The notes: generated by a model from the letters alone, not told the origin. Counted from the first letter of the whole stretch, positions 9,869-20,139 are shown. The stretch: 63,778 bases of DNA, filler included, from 4 parts of 4 records of this genome joined end to end with filler, not necessarily neighbours in it, one strand, 5' to 3'. Program-made: numbers and translations.

Positions 9869-10515
9869 CCCTCCCACTCGACATCGAATTTGCGCACAAC
9901 GGCGCGCTGTTCAGCCTGGGTCAGCATGCGTGGGTTCAGCCCGCGCGTGATCAATGCAAGCCGGGCTGCATTTTCCAGCTCTTCAACAGCGTCGCATGCC
10001 GCCTCGACATCGGCGCCCGCCACCACGGGGCCGTGATTGGCCAGCATCACCGCCGATCGTTTGCCCGCAAGGCCCCGCACCGCAGCGCCCATCGCCGGAT
10101 CGCCGGGCAGGAAAAATGGCAGCAGCTTTACCCGGCCCAGTTTCATCATCGCATAGGGCGTCATGGGCGGCAGGAAACAATCTGCATCCACATCCGGCAT
10201 CATCGACAGCGCAACAGAATGGCATGCATGCAAATGCACCACGGCGCCCACGTTTTTTCGGGTTTCATAAAAGGCCGTATGCAGCGGCATTTCCTTGGTG
10301 GGCGTATCGCCGCCAATCAGCTGCCCGTCGGGGGCAAACCGGCTTAGGCGTGCCGGATCAAGCCGGCCAAAGCTGGTTCCGGTGGGTGTCACCAAAAGCC
10401 CGCCATCGGGCGTGCGCGCCGAGACATTGCCGGTGCTGCCATGCGTGAGGCCCCGATCATAAAGCGATTTCGCCAATGTGCAGATCTGCTCGCGCAGGGC
10501 GGTTTCCGGGGTCAT
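9865..10515 (-). CDS. otnC: 3-oxo-tetronate 4-phosphate decarboxylase (class II aldolase)
   Basis: GSTGNVSAR, TPTG, TKEMPLH, VVHLH and LANHGPVV. Coupled to otnK by an ATGA overlap. Confidence 0.85.
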   Translation of the reverse strand: MTPETALREQICTLAKSLYDRGLTHGSTGNVSARTPDGGLLVTPTGTSFGRLDPARLSRFAPDGQLIGGDTPTKEMPLHTAFYETRKNVGAVVHLHACHSVALSMMPDVDADCFLPPMTPYAMMKLGRVKLLPFFLPGDPAMGAAVRGLAGKRSAVMLANHGPVVAGADVEAACDAVEELENAARLALITRGLNPRMLTQAEQRAVVRKFDVEWEG

Positions 10516-11780
10516 AGGCGCTCCAATGCGTCGCGGAAAAATGTCTCGGCACCAAAATTGCCAGATTTCAGCGCAAGGGCAAGGCGGTGCCCCTGGCTGT
10601 TGCAAAAGGTCCACGGCACACCGGGGGCAATTTCCTGCCCGATATCAAGGCGCCTCACACCCAGCGCCTGTGTCACGGCACCTGCGGTTTCGCCGCCCGC
10701 CACAACAATCGTGCGGGCGCCTGCATCACGCGCAGCCGTGGCGCAGGCCGCCAGGGCCTGTTCCACAATCTCGCCCGCCCGCGCGCGGCCCAGCTTTTGT
10801 TGCGCTTCGCGCACATGGGCCGGATCTGCCGTGGCATAGATCAGCGGTGCGGCGGCCAGATCTTGCTGCTGCAACCAATGCAGCGCGGGCCCATGGCCGT
10901 GGTGGGCCAATCTCAGCGGATCAAGGCGCAACGATGGCGCGCCGGTTTCCACATAGGCCGCGACCTGCGCCTGTGTCATGGCAGAGCAGCTGCCCGACAA
11001 GATCACCGCATGGCGCGCGGCCAGCGGGGCAGGCGCACGGGGCTTGGCCTGCCCCGCGGCCCAGGTGCCATCGGCCATGTAAAGCGCCGGCAAAGGCATA
11101 GCCAAGGCGCTGCCCCCCGTCACCAGCGGCATATGGCGGCAGGCCTGGGCGATAACGGCCAGATCATCATTGCTGACGGCATCCACCACCACATGCGCCA
11201 CGCCTGCGCTGTCAAGTTCGGCCAATTCAGCGCGCAGCGCATCGGCGCCCCTGGCCACAGTAAACCTGTCAGCCAGCCCAACGGGCCTTGTAACCTGGGG
11301 CTGCAACAGGCGCGTCAGGTCAGAGTCGCGCATGGGCGTCAGCGGGTGGTCTTTCATCGGGCTGTGCGCCAGCAATTCACGCCCCACAAACAAATGCCCC
11401 ATGAAAACCGCGCGGCCATTTTCTGGAAAGGCTGGGCAATAAATGGTCTGTGACGTGCCAAGATCTGCCATCAGCGCCTCGGCCACGGGCCCGATATTGC
11501 CCTTTGGGGTTGAATCGAATGTCGAGCAGTATTTCCAGAAAAACCGCTGCGCACCGGCGCGTTGTAACCAGGCCAAAGCCGCCCGGCATTCAGACACGGC
11601 CTGCGCGGCGGGGGCGGTTCGGCATTTCAGCGCGATCACCTCGAATGCGGCGGTATCTGCGGGGGGCACATCGGGGATGCCGATGCGCAGCGACACAGGC
11701 GCGCCAGACCGCGCCAACAGGCCCGCCAGATCTGTTGCGCCGGTGAAATCATCTGCGATGCAGCCCATAACGGTTGTCAT
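10512..11780 (-). CDS. otnK: 3-oxo-tetronate kinase (DUF1537 four-carbon acid sugar kinase)
   Basis: IADDFTGATD, WKYCSTFDSTPKGNIG, HPLTPM.DS, GGET and LKSGNFG. Confidence 0.92.
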   Translation of the reverse strand: MTTVMGCIADDFTGATDLAGLLARSGAPVSLRIGIPDVPPADTAAFEVIALKCRTAPAAQAVSECRAALAWLQRAGAQRFFWKYCSTFDSTPKGNIGPVAEALMADLGTSQTIYCPAFPENGRAVFMGHLFVGRELLAHSPMKDHPLTPMRDSDLTRLLQPQVTRPVGLADRFTVARGADALRAELAELDSAGVAHVVVDAVSNDDLAVIAQACRHMPLVTGGSALAMPLPALYMADGTWAAGQAKPRAPAPLAARHAVILSGSCSAMTQAQVAAYVETGAPSLRLDPLRLAHHGHGPALHWLQQQDLAAAPLIYATADPAHVREAQQKLGRARAGEIVEQALAACATAARDAGARTIVVAGGETAGAVTQALGVRRLDIGQEIAPGVPWTFCNSQGHRLALALKSGNFGAETFFRDALERL

Positions 11781-11833
11781 AGTCTATCCCTTTTGCAGGC
11801 CCGCCCGCGGCGTGTAGGGGCGCGGCGCGCCAG

Positions 11834-13369
11834 TTAAATCTGGCGCCCGGCACTGTCCCAATAGGGCGCGCGCAGGCGGGGCTTGAATACCTTGCCCGTA
11901 TCCTCGCGCGGCAGGCGATCGTGAAAATCGATGATCCGCGGCTGTTTCATGCGTGCCAGCTGCCCCTCGAGAAAGGCCATCACCTGCGCCTTATCAGGCA
12001 CCCAGCCGGCGGCAGGCTCGATCGCGGCGACCACTTGTTCGCCAAATTCGGGGTGCGGCGCCCCAAAAACCGCCACATCGCGGATGAAGGGCGCGCGCAT
12101 CAAAACCGCCTCGATTTCGGCGGGGAAAATATTTGCACCGCCCGAAATGATCATGTCTTTCTTGCGATCGGTGATGAACAGATAGCCTTGCTCATCGACC
12201 CAGCCCAGATCGCCCACAGAAAAATGCCCGTGTTTTTCGGCACTTGCCCGGCTTTCAGGGTCGTTAGAATAGTCAAACCCCCCAAACACATCCATCCTGG
12301 CATAGATCTCGCCAACCGCGCCCGGGGGCAGTTCGTTGCCATCGGGATCAAGGATCATCAGCGTGCCACCCATCTGCATGCGCCCGGCCGTGCCCGGCCG
12401 TTCCAGCGCGTCGGCAGAGGAGGCCATGGTCATAAAGCCAATTTCGGTGGCGCCATAGCTTTCCCAAAACACCGGGCCCCACCAATCGATCATCGCGCGT
12501 TTCAGGTCGTGTGGCCAGGGCGAGCCTGTCGATACCGCGAATTTGACCGATGACAGATTGTAGCGCGCCTTTACCTCTGGGGGCAGTTTCAACAGCCGGC
12601 TCATCATGGTTGGCACAAGGTAGATATGGGTGATGCGCTCGCGGTCGATCGTGGCTAGAAAATCCTCGGGCTCGAACCGGGGCGCCAGCAATGTCGATAC
12701 GCCGGGGCTGACCAACGCCGCGCTTGCCAAGGTTGAGGGGGCCGAATGATACACCGGGGCTGCGGTAAAAAACCGGGCGCCGGGATGCAGGCCCATCATC
12801 TCGTCTGCGACCTGTTGCAACAGATTGGTAAAGTCTTTGCGCGGGCCAGTGCGCGTGCGCCGCACCCCTTTGGGCCGCCCGGTCGAGCCCGATGTATAGC
12901 GCAACAAGGGGCGCATCATCTGGCGGTTGGGCGAGGGTTCAGCCGCATCGAGCAAATCCGCCCATTCCGGCGCATCACCCGCCTGCGCGGCATCGGCCGA
13001 TATGTCGTAAGCGGCGCATAAGGCGGCACCGGGGGTGACGCCAATCACCTGCCGCCCCGCAAGCGCGGGCGCCAGCGCTGCGATCAGATCGCGGTGCACA
13101 ATCACATGGCGCGCACCCGCATCCTGGCAGATTGCAGCCACCTCGGCCGCAGCACCATGCCAATTCAGCGCAACAATCACCGCACCCGCATGGGCGGCTG
13201 CGCGCATGACCTCGATCTGGGCCAGATCGTTGCGCATAATCACGGCAACGGGCGTGTCGGCGCCAATGCCCGCCGCATTCAGGGCCGCAGCGCCCTTGGC
13301 CGCGCGATGCGCAAGCGCGCTTGGCGAAATTCGGCGGTCGTAATCGCCGACAAAAACATCATCTTCCAT
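11834..13369 (-). CDS. AMP-binding acyl-CoA synthetase
   Basis: YTSGSTGRPKG, YGATE, GDLG, DRKKDMIISGGANIFPAEIE and PREDTGK. Confidence 0.92.
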   Translation of the reverse strand: MEDDVFVGDYDRRISPSALAHRAAKGAAALNAAGIGADTPVAVIMRNDLAQIEVMRAAAHAGAVIVALNWHGAAAEVAAICQDAGARHVIVHRDLIAALAPALAGRQVIGVTPGAALCAAYDISADAAQAGDAPEWADLLDAAEPSPNRQMMRPLLRYTSGSTGRPKGVRRTRTGPRKDFTNLLQQVADEMMGLHPGARFFTAAPVYHSAPSTLASAALVSPGVSTLLAPRFEPEDFLATIDRERITHIYLVPTMMSRLLKLPPEVKARYNLSSVKFAVSTGSPWPHDLKRAMIDWWGPVFWESYGATEIGFMTMASSADALERPGTAGRMQMGGTLMILDPDGNELPPGAVGEIYARMDVFGGFDYSNDPESRASAEKHGHFSVGDLGWVDEQGYLFITDRKKDMIISGGANIFPAEIEAVLMRAPFIRDVAVFGAPHPEFGEQVVAAIEPAAGWVPDKAQVMAFLEGQLARMKQPRIIDFHDRLPREDTGKVFKPRLRAPYWDSAGRQI

Positions 13370-13455
13370 GGCGCACCCACATTATTTTGGCCTTGGCGCA
13401 ATACTAGCCAGCCCCGGCCCCACCTCAAGCACAGTTTGCCCGGCAACGCAGCGTC

Positions 13456-15105
13456 TTAACCCTCGAACACCGCAGCGCCCTTGAAAACAGTGCGCACAGG
13501 CAATGTTGCCGCGATATCGGCTGTGCTCATCTCGGTCAGGGTGCCTGGCACGATGATGAAATCAGCTGATAGGCCCGCCCGCAACATGCCTGTTTCGCCC
13601 TCTAGCCCCATGGCCCTGGCGGCGTTGCGTGTGAAAAGCGGCAAAGCCTGGGCCAGCGAGATCGCCTGATCAGGCGCCACCTGGCCCGGGAACACACCAC
13701 TGGGATCGGCGCGGCTGATCATGCCCGCCAGGCCCGACCACGGGTTGGCATCGGGGGCTGCGGCAGGCCAATCGGTGCCAAAAATCACCTCGGCACCGGC
13801 CTGCAAAAGGCTGCGAATGCGGTGCACCTGCGACAGGCGCGCCTGGCCCAAAACCGCACGCTGGGCGGCGGTGGCGGCGTTTGGCATCCATAGTTTTGGC
13901 GAGACTTCGGCCACCGCATTCAGCGCGGCAAAACGCGGCAAATCTGCATCATCGATAAAGGTGCTATGGGCGATTTCATGGCGCGGGCCGGCGGGCCCAT
14001 TGGCCTGGCGCGCAGCGGCAATCGCATCCAGCCCCCGCCGCGCGGCATTATCGCCCACGGCATGCATCTTTACCGTATAGCCCGCCGCGTCATGGGCCGT
14101 GACCAGCTGGTTCAGTTGTTCGGGCGGCAGCAGCAACGTGGCGTCGGGGCTGTGGTGTGCCGGGTCATAGCCCGGGCGGGGCAGATACGGCGCCAGGAAC
14201 GAGGCGGTCAATGCCGGGGCCACGCCATCGAGAAACAGCTTGGTAAACCGCAGGTTCAGCCCCGTGCGCCCAAAGCGTGCGACCAGCGCGTCGATCTCGG
14301 CCAACGGCATGGTGCTGCCGCTGAGGGGGGAGAATGCCGCGATATGGGCGGCGGCATGCAGGCTTAGCGCGCCACGATCATAGGCGCGCGCATAGGCCCC
14401 CAGATCTTCGGCCTGGGCTGATGGTTCTTTGAACCCTGTGTAGCCCAAGCTATTGAAATAGCGCACCGCCTGGGCACAGGCCGCATCCAGCTGGGCGGGT
14501 GTGAAGCCGGTTTGGGCGCGCACTGGCCCGCAGGCGGCCTCGGCCAGAAAGCCTGTCAGGCGGCCCTCGGGCCCCTCTTGGCCCACCACGCCACCGGGGA
14601 TCGGGGCGCAGCCATCGGCCAGGCCCGCCTGTGCAAGGGCCGCCGAATTGCACCACATCGCGTGCTGGGTGGTATCAGCGATTGCCACCGGATGGGCGGG
14701 GGCAATGGCATCTAACCAGGCCCGCGGCGTATCGGGCAGACTGTCTTGCATATCCAGCCGCCAGGGGCCGCCGGTGATCCATGTGCCAGGCGCCAAGGTG
14801 GCGGCCCGCGCGGCGATGGCCTGTGCCAATTGCGACAGGCTGGCCTGATAGCCCACGTAAACCTGGTATAAATCGCGGCACGCCCCCCATAGGGCATGGG
14901 TATGGCTTTCGATCAGGCCGGGCAGCAGTGTGTTGCCGCGCAGATCCTCGCGCAAGGTATTGGGGCCGGCCAGCGCCAGAATGTCGGCCTGCCGCCCAAC
15001 GGCCAATATCCGCCCCTCGGCCAGCGCCACTGCCTCGGCCGTGGGTTGGGCAGGATCCATGGTTAAAATGGTGCCACCCGTAAGAATATGCTGGGCCGTG
15101 GTCAT
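13456..15105 (-). CDS. Amidohydrolase family 3 (YtcJ/NfdA-like)
   Basis: PGLIESHTH, KLFLDG, MHAVGD, RHEIAH, FGTDWP and ADFII. Confidence 0.9.
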   Translation of the reverse strand: MTTAQHILTGGTILTMDPAQPTAEAVALAEGRILAVGRQADILALAGPNTLREDLRGNTLLPGLIESHTHALWGACRDLYQVYVGYQASLSQLAQAIAARAATLAPGTWITGGPWRLDMQDSLPDTPRAWLDAIAPAHPVAIADTTQHAMWCNSAALAQAGLADGCAPIPGGVVGQEGPEGRLTGFLAEAACGPVRAQTGFTPAQLDAACAQAVRYFNSLGYTGFKEPSAQAEDLGAYARAYDRGALSLHAAAHIAAFSPLSGSTMPLAEIDALVARFGRTGLNLRFTKLFLDGVAPALTASFLAPYLPRPGYDPAHHSPDATLLLPPEQLNQLVTAHDAAGYTVKMHAVGDNAARRGLDAIAAARQANGPAGPRHEIAHSTFIDDADLPRFAALNAVAEVSPKLWMPNAATAAQRAVLGQARLSQVHRIRSLLQAGAEVIFGTDWPAAAPDANPWSGLAGMISRADPSGVFPGQVAPDQAISLAQALPLFTRNAARAMGLEGETGMLRAGLSADFIIVPGTLTEMSTADIAATLPVRTVFKGAAVFEG

Positions 15106-15143
15106 GGCTGATCTCCCTTTTCCAGCACTGTGGTAGATTTTTG

Positions 15144-15156
15144 TTGATTTAGTCAA
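15144..15156. promoter_or_regulatory. Putative MarR operator
   Basis: Near-palindrome TTGATTTAGTCAA in the short divergent gap between the amidohydrolase and MarR genes. Confidence 0.45.
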
Positions 15157-15191
15157 TGAAATTGCTAGCGTTTGCGCAAAGGAGAGTTTTC

Positions 15192-15698
15192 ATGAGCCAA
15201 AGCCTGGCCTCGCATGCTGATACCGCGCAGATCCACCCGCCGATCAAGCAGCTGGATCAAGCGCTGAGCTTTCGCATCGCCAAGCTGGCCGCCCTGAATG
15301 AACGCAGCGGCAGTTATTATTTCCAAAACGCCTATGGTTTGCGGCTCAACGAATGGCGCGTTTTGGGCACTTTGGCGCCCCACAAAAAAATGAGCTTTTC
15401 GCAGATGTTCGAGGCACTGTGGATCGACAAGGGGCAGCTGTCGCGCACCATCAAAGGCATGGCGCAGCGCGGGCTTTTGCACACGCAAGCTGCCGAAAAA
15501 GATGCCCGCCAGATCGATCTGCATATCACCCAAAAAGGCCACGCCCTGCATGACGAGGTGCTGGGCTTTACGCTAGAGCGTAACGAAGCCATGGTGGGCG
15601 ATCTTTCGCCCGATGAATGCGCGTTGTTTTTGAATTTTCTCAGCCGGGTGATTGCCCATAACGAGGCGCTTTTACAGCACCGAAAGGACACACAATGA
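15192..15698 (+). CDS. MarR family transcriptional regulator
   Basis: EWRVL, IDKGQLSRTIKGM and DAR wing motif. RBS AGGAGA. Confidence 0.9.
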   Translation: MSQSLASHADTAQIHPPIKQLDQALSFRIAKLAALNERSGSYYFQNAYGLRLNEWRVLGTLAPHKKMSFSQMFEALWIDKGQLSRTIKGMAQRGLLHTQAAEKDARQIDLHITQKGHALHDEVLGFTLERNEAMVGDLSPDECALFLNFLSRVIAHNEALLQHRKDTQ

Positions 15699-17578
15699 CA
15701 GCCCGTCATGCCCCCAGCCCCCTAAACCTGGCGGGCCGCGGGCTGGCTTTGCTGTTGTCGTTGGCGGTGATTTTGATCACCGCCTTTTTTGTGATCGACG
15801 AGGCCAATGCCCGCTTTGGTGCCATGGCCGCCAGCGTGGTGATCGTGGCGCTGACGGCGCCGGTGATGAAAAACCGCCACCTGCCCTTTTCATGGCTGAT
15901 TGACCTGGCGCTGATTGGCGCCTTTCTTTACGCAGCCCTGTGGTTTTTCCGCGTCAAAGCCGAGCTTTACACAGGCTTTTTCATGGCCAACCCAGATAAT
16001 ATTCGCGCCGGTCTGCTGGGGATGGGCGCGCTGCTTTTGCTGACATATCGCGCCTGGGGCGCCAGTTTGGTGATTATGGCGCTGGCCTTTGTGGCCTTTG
16101 GCTTTGCCGGCCCAAACCTGCCCGGCCTGTTGCAGCATTTCGGCATGGAGCTGGGCGATTTTATGCAAATCGCGTGGTATTCCTTTGATGGTGTCTTTGG
16201 GCGCACCACCGGGCTGGTTGCCGATAACGTTTTGATATTTCTGATATTTGGCGCTGTTTTGGAACGCAGCGGCGCAGGTGAAAGCCTGATCCACCTGTCA
16301 ACCGCGCTCACCGCCCGCATTCGTGGCGGGGCGGCCCATGCCGCCATTGTGGCCAGCGCGGTTTTTGGCATGATGTCGGGCAGCGTGGCCGCCAATATTG
16401 CCGGCACCGGGGTTTTCACCATTCCAATGATCAAGCGGCAGGGGTTTTCCGCCAATTTTGCCGGTGCTGTGGAAACGGCCGCCTCGTCTGGGGGGCAGCT
16501 GACGCCGCCCATCATGGCCGCTGCGGTTTTTGTCATGGCCGATCTGGTGGGCCTGCCCTTTACCTATGTGATCGCCGCCGCAGCATTGCCGGCCCTGTTC
16601 AAATACATCGGGCTGTTTGGCCAAGTCTATGCCGAGGCCGTGCGCCTAGACATCAAAACCCTGCCGCGCGACCAAATTCCCCAGCTCAGCGCGCGCGACT
16701 GGCTGAATTCGGGCCTGGTGTTTTTACCCATTGCCGCGCTGATGGCCACTTTTTTGGCGGGCAAAAGCCCCGCCACCGCAGGGCTGGTGGGCACGGTCAC
16801 GGCGATTGTGGCGGGGTTGGTTTTGAACCCCGATTTTCGCCGCCAGCCCCAGCGCATTGTCACAGCGCTGATCGAGGGCGGCATAAGTGCTGCACAAATC
16901 ATGCTGGCGGTGGGGGTTATTGGCATCGTGCTGGCGGTGGTGAACGAGACCGGCATCGCCATACGCTTTGCCACCTCTATTTCGGCGGTGGGCGATGGAA
17001 ATCTTTTGCTGGCATTGGTTTTGGCCATGTGCGGGGCGCTGATTTTGGGCATGGGGCTGCCCACGCTGCCGGCCTATCTGATCATTGCCATCATGATTGC
17101 CCCGGCGATTATCAAAGCCGGTGTTCTGCCCTTGGCGGCCCATATGTTTGTGCTTTATTTCGCGGTCTATTCCTCGATCGTGCCGCCCATTGCCTATGGC
17201 TGTTACGTGGCCGCACCCATCGCCGGGGGCAACCCGCTGCAAACCTCTTTTGTCGCTTTGCGCATCTCGATTGTGGGGCTTTTGGTGCCCTATGTCTTTG
17301 TGTTCTCGCCCTCGCTTTTGCTGGTGGCGGGCAGCTTTGACTGGGGCGAATTGGCCGCCACTGTTGTGCGCCTTTTGGCGGCTGTGTGGATGTTTTCCAC
17401 AGCCCTTGGCGGGGCCGACCCCAGGCTGGGCCGCATCGGGCCAGGCCCGCGGCTTTTGCGGCTGTTGGCGGGGGCGGCCACCATGGTGCCACTGGCCGCA
17501 TTCTGGCTGCCCGGGGTGATCGCAACCCTGGCGCTGGGGCTGGCCAGCCCACGAAAAGATCAAAAACAACCAAGCTGA
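15695..17578 (+). CDS. TRAP transporter fused 4TM/12TM permease (TAXI-type)
   Basis: GMMSGSVAAN..GTG.FTIP, ETAASSGGQLTPPIM, GMGLPT..AY and AAHMFVLYF. Confidence 0.93.
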   Translation: MTARHAPSPLNLAGRGLALLLSLAVILITAFFVIDEANARFGAMAASVVIVALTAPVMKNRHLPFSWLIDLALIGAFLYAALWFFRVKAELYTGFFMANPDNIRAGLLGMGALLLLTYRAWGASLVIMALAFVAFGFAGPNLPGLLQHFGMELGDFMQIAWYSFDGVFGRTTGLVADNVLIFLIFGAVLERSGAGESLIHLSTALTARIRGGAAHAAIVASAVFGMMSGSVAANIAGTGVFTIPMIKRQGFSANFAGAVETAASSGGQLTPPIMAAAVFVMADLVGLPFTYVIAAAALPALFKYIGLFGQVYAEAVRLDIKTLPRDQIPQLSARDWLNSGLVFLPIAALMATFLAGKSPATAGLVGTVTAIVAGLVLNPDFRRQPQRIVTALIEGGISAAQIMLAVGVIGIVLAVVNETGIAIRFATSISAVGDGNLLLALVLAMCGALILGMGLPTLPAYLIIAIMIAPAIIKAGVLPLAAHMFVLYFAVYSSIVPPIAYGCYVAAPIAGGNPLQTSFVALRISIVGLLVPYVFVFSPSLLLVAGSFDWGELAATVVRLLAAVWMFSTALGGADPRLGRIGPGPRLLRLLAGAATMVPLAAFWLPGVIATLALGLASPRKDQKQPS

Positions 17579-17601
17579 TACCATCAAAAAGGGAGGACCG
17601 A

Positions 17602-18606
17602 ATGAAACATTTCCTAAAAGGCACTGCCAAAGCCGCGCTCGCGGGGCTGATCGCGGCCAGCATGTTGGCAGGGGCCGCCAAGGCCGAACTTTACAAGGTT
17701 ACATCTATCGCGCCGGGCATGTCGCCCTTTGTGGTGAACACGGCCATTTCCAAAGTGGTGAACACCCATGTCGAGGGGGTGGAATTTCAGGTGCGCGCCA
17801 CAGGCGCTGCCACCAAACACATGGTCGATGCCGCCATGGGCAAGGTTGATTTCCTGTTCGGCTCGCCCACGATCAACTGGCTGATGGCCAGCCGCATTGG
17901 CCCCTTCAAAGATATGGAGGCCGCCCCCGAGCTGGAAAAACAAGTGGGGATGATCTTTTCCTACCAGATCGGGCCATACCATTATGTCACTCGCGCCGAT
18001 TCAGGCATTGAAACCATGAATGATTTGCGCGGCAAGAAAGTATTCGCAGGCCCCCCCGGCGGCGCGGCCAAAGGCGTGGTGTTGCGCGCGATCGAACAGT
18101 CAACCGGCATCAAGCCCGAGGAAATGGATGTGCAAACCTTTGGCTTTGACGCAGCCATCCAGGCCTTTCAGGACGACAAGATCGATGTGATCGTTCTACC
18201 CACAAACGTGCCCAGCCCCGCGGTGCAGCAATTTGCCCTGACAAAGAAGATCCGCATTCTGGATGTCGATGTAACCAAAATGAAAATCAACGCGGCCACA
18301 GGCGGCACGGTAAACACCATTGCAGCAGGCGCCTATGGTGAAAACCACGTCAGCGGTGATGCGCGCACCCATGGCGCAATCGTCAATTTCAGCGCCGGCC
18401 TGCACGTGCCCGAAGAGGTGGTGTATCAAGTGACCAAAGCAATTTGGGAAAACCTGGGCGAGATACATGAAACTGCGCAATGGATGCCCAGCACCATCAC
18501 CAAAGAGGGCGGCCTGGCGCTGATTGCCGGGCGCCTGCACCCCGGCGCCGAGCGCTACTATCGTGAAGCTGGCTGGGCCATTCCCGAGGCGGTCACGTTT
18601 CAATAA
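17602..18606 (+). CDS. TAXI family TRAP transporter solute-binding protein
   Basis: Signal peptide, DLRGKKV..GPPG, EEVVYQVTKAIWENL and LHPGAERYYRE. RBS GGGAGG. Confidence 0.9.
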   Translation: MKHFLKGTAKAALAGLIAASMLAGAAKAELYKVTSIAPGMSPFVVNTAISKVVNTHVEGVEFQVRATGAATKHMVDAAMGKVDFLFGSPTINWLMASRIGPFKDMEAAPELEKQVGMIFSYQIGPYHYVTRADSGIETMNDLRGKKVFAGPPGGAAKGVVLRAIEQSTGIKPEEMDVQTFGFDAAIQAFQDDKIDVIVLPTNVPSPAVQQFALTKKIRILDVDVTKMKINAATGGTVNTIAAGAYGENHVSGDARTHGAIVNFSAGLHVPEEVVYQVTKAIWENLGEIHETAQWMPSTITKEGGLALIAGRLHPGAERYYREAGWAIPEAVTFQ

Positions 18607-18613
18607 AACCAAG

Positions 18614-18646
18614 CTGCAGCACCAGCATATGCCACAGGTGCTGCAG
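18614..18646. terminator. Hairpin between convergent TAXI and sulfatase genes
   Basis: CTGCAGCACC-N13-GGTGCTGCAG, a 10-bp stem. Confidence 0.45.
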
Positions 18647-18675
18647 TTTCACCCTGCCCCAAAGATCAATAGCGG

Positions 18676-20139
18676 CTATTCACGCACATATTGCGGGCCC
18701 ATGCGTGGATCGACCACATAATCCCAGGCGGTTCCGTTTCTTTTCATGGCATCATTCACAACCGATTTCAGGGCAAGCCGGCCCCAAACCTCGGATGTGA
18801 TCTTGTCCAGGTCAAAATACCCACCCGTAATAACCTGGTTCAAACGCGTTTCAATCTCGCGGCACTCAGCATCGCCCGCGCGATTGTTCCATTCGCCCGG
18901 GTCGTCGCGAAGGTTGAACAGCTGCGGGTCGGTGCCATGGCAGTAGATATATTTCCAATCCCCCAAACGCACCATGAACGACGGCCGCATTATGCCCTCG
19001 CCATGGTATTCAGAAATGATCGGAATAACCTCTAACGCCTGCCCGTTCACTGCGGGCACAAGCGAACGCCCCTCTAGGGGGCGCGCAGGCGTTTGGCCTG
19101 CAAAATCAATTAACGTGGCAGGCAGATCGATCAACGACACGGGCGTATCCACCCGGCAAGGCGCGGCACCTGGCGCATCGATAAACAAGGGAATGCGGGC
19201 CGACCATTCGTAAAGCCCCCGTTTTTGGATCATTCCCTTTTCGCCCAGCATTTCCCCGTGGTCTGAAGTGAAAATAACGATGGTATCATCGCGCAGGCCG
19301 TTTTCTTCTAGCACCTCCAAAAGCGCGCCCAGTTTGTCATCGACATAATGCGCCAGGGCCGCAAAACCGCGCCGCATGGCAATCAGGTTTTTGGGATCAC
19401 GAATTTCCTCGCCACGCACATGAAGGCCATGCCATCGCCGAATTGCGCGATCATAGGCCGAATATGTCGCCTCCATATCTTTGGGGTAGTCAGGTAGCGG
19501 GATATCGGCATCTTTATACATGTCCCAATATTTCTTGGGCACTTTATAGGGCGGGTGCGGATTGGTGAAAGATACGGTCAGCATCCATGGTGTATCGGGC
19601 GCATGCCGCAGATATTCGATAGATTTGAAATGCGTCTCTTCATCATATTGCAGCTCTTTCGACCAGCCAGGGCCAATGTTTTCCGCCAGGTATTGCGGCG
19701 TAAAATCGAAGGCTTGGAAAGCCGGGTCATCATCGGGGGGCAATGGATAAGACCAGATGAAACCAGATGGGTAGACATCGGTATTCAGGCGGCGCTGAAA
19801 CCCGTGCAATTGATCGGCCCCGATAAAGTGCATCTTGCCCGCCAGCACGGTTTCGTAGCCAGCATTCGTCAGGTAATGCGCGAATGTGGGAATAAAGCTG
19901 TGATAGGGGTCACCATTGTCATAACACCCGGTCGTGGAGGTATAGAGCCCCGTCATGAAACACGAACGCGCAGGCACGCAAATAGGGCTGGGGGTATAGG
20001 CATTGGTAAAATGCGCCGATCGCGCGGCCAATGCTGCCAGGTTCTTGGTTTTGGCCCCAAAACCGCCACAGGCCTCTAGCATAAACGGGGTCATCTGATC
20101 GGCCATGATCAAAAGGATATTGGGCTGTTTTGCAGGCAT
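18676..20139 (-). CDS. Cys-type (formylglycine) sulfatase, choline-sulfatase (BetC)-related
   Basis: PNILLIMADQ, CVPAR (CxPxR), GKMHFIGADQLHGF, PHPPY and SDHGEMLGE. The region where I recall BetC having WWYHN is divergent. Confidence 0.85.
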   Translation of the reverse strand: MPAKQPNILLIMADQMTPFMLEACGGFGAKTKNLAALAARSAHFTNAYTPSPICVPARSCFMTGLYTSTTGCYDNGDPYHSFIPTFAHYLTNAGYETVLAGKMHFIGADQLHGFQRRLNTDVYPSGFIWSYPLPPDDDPAFQAFDFTPQYLAENIGPGWSKELQYDEETHFKSIEYLRHAPDTPWMLTVSFTNPHPPYKVPKKYWDMYKDADIPLPDYPKDMEATYSAYDRAIRRWHGLHVRGEEIRDPKNLIAMRRGFAALAHYVDDKLGALLEVLEENGLRDDTIVIFTSDHGEMLGEKGMIQKRGLYEWSARIPLFIDAPGAAPCRVDTPVSLIDLPATLIDFAGQTPARPLEGRSLVPAVNGQALEVIPIISEYHGEGIMRPSFMVRLGDWKYIYCHGTDPQLFNLRDDPGEWNNRAGDAECREIETRLNQVITGGYFDLDKITSEVWGRLALKSVVNDAMKRNGTAWDYVVDPRMGPQYVRE

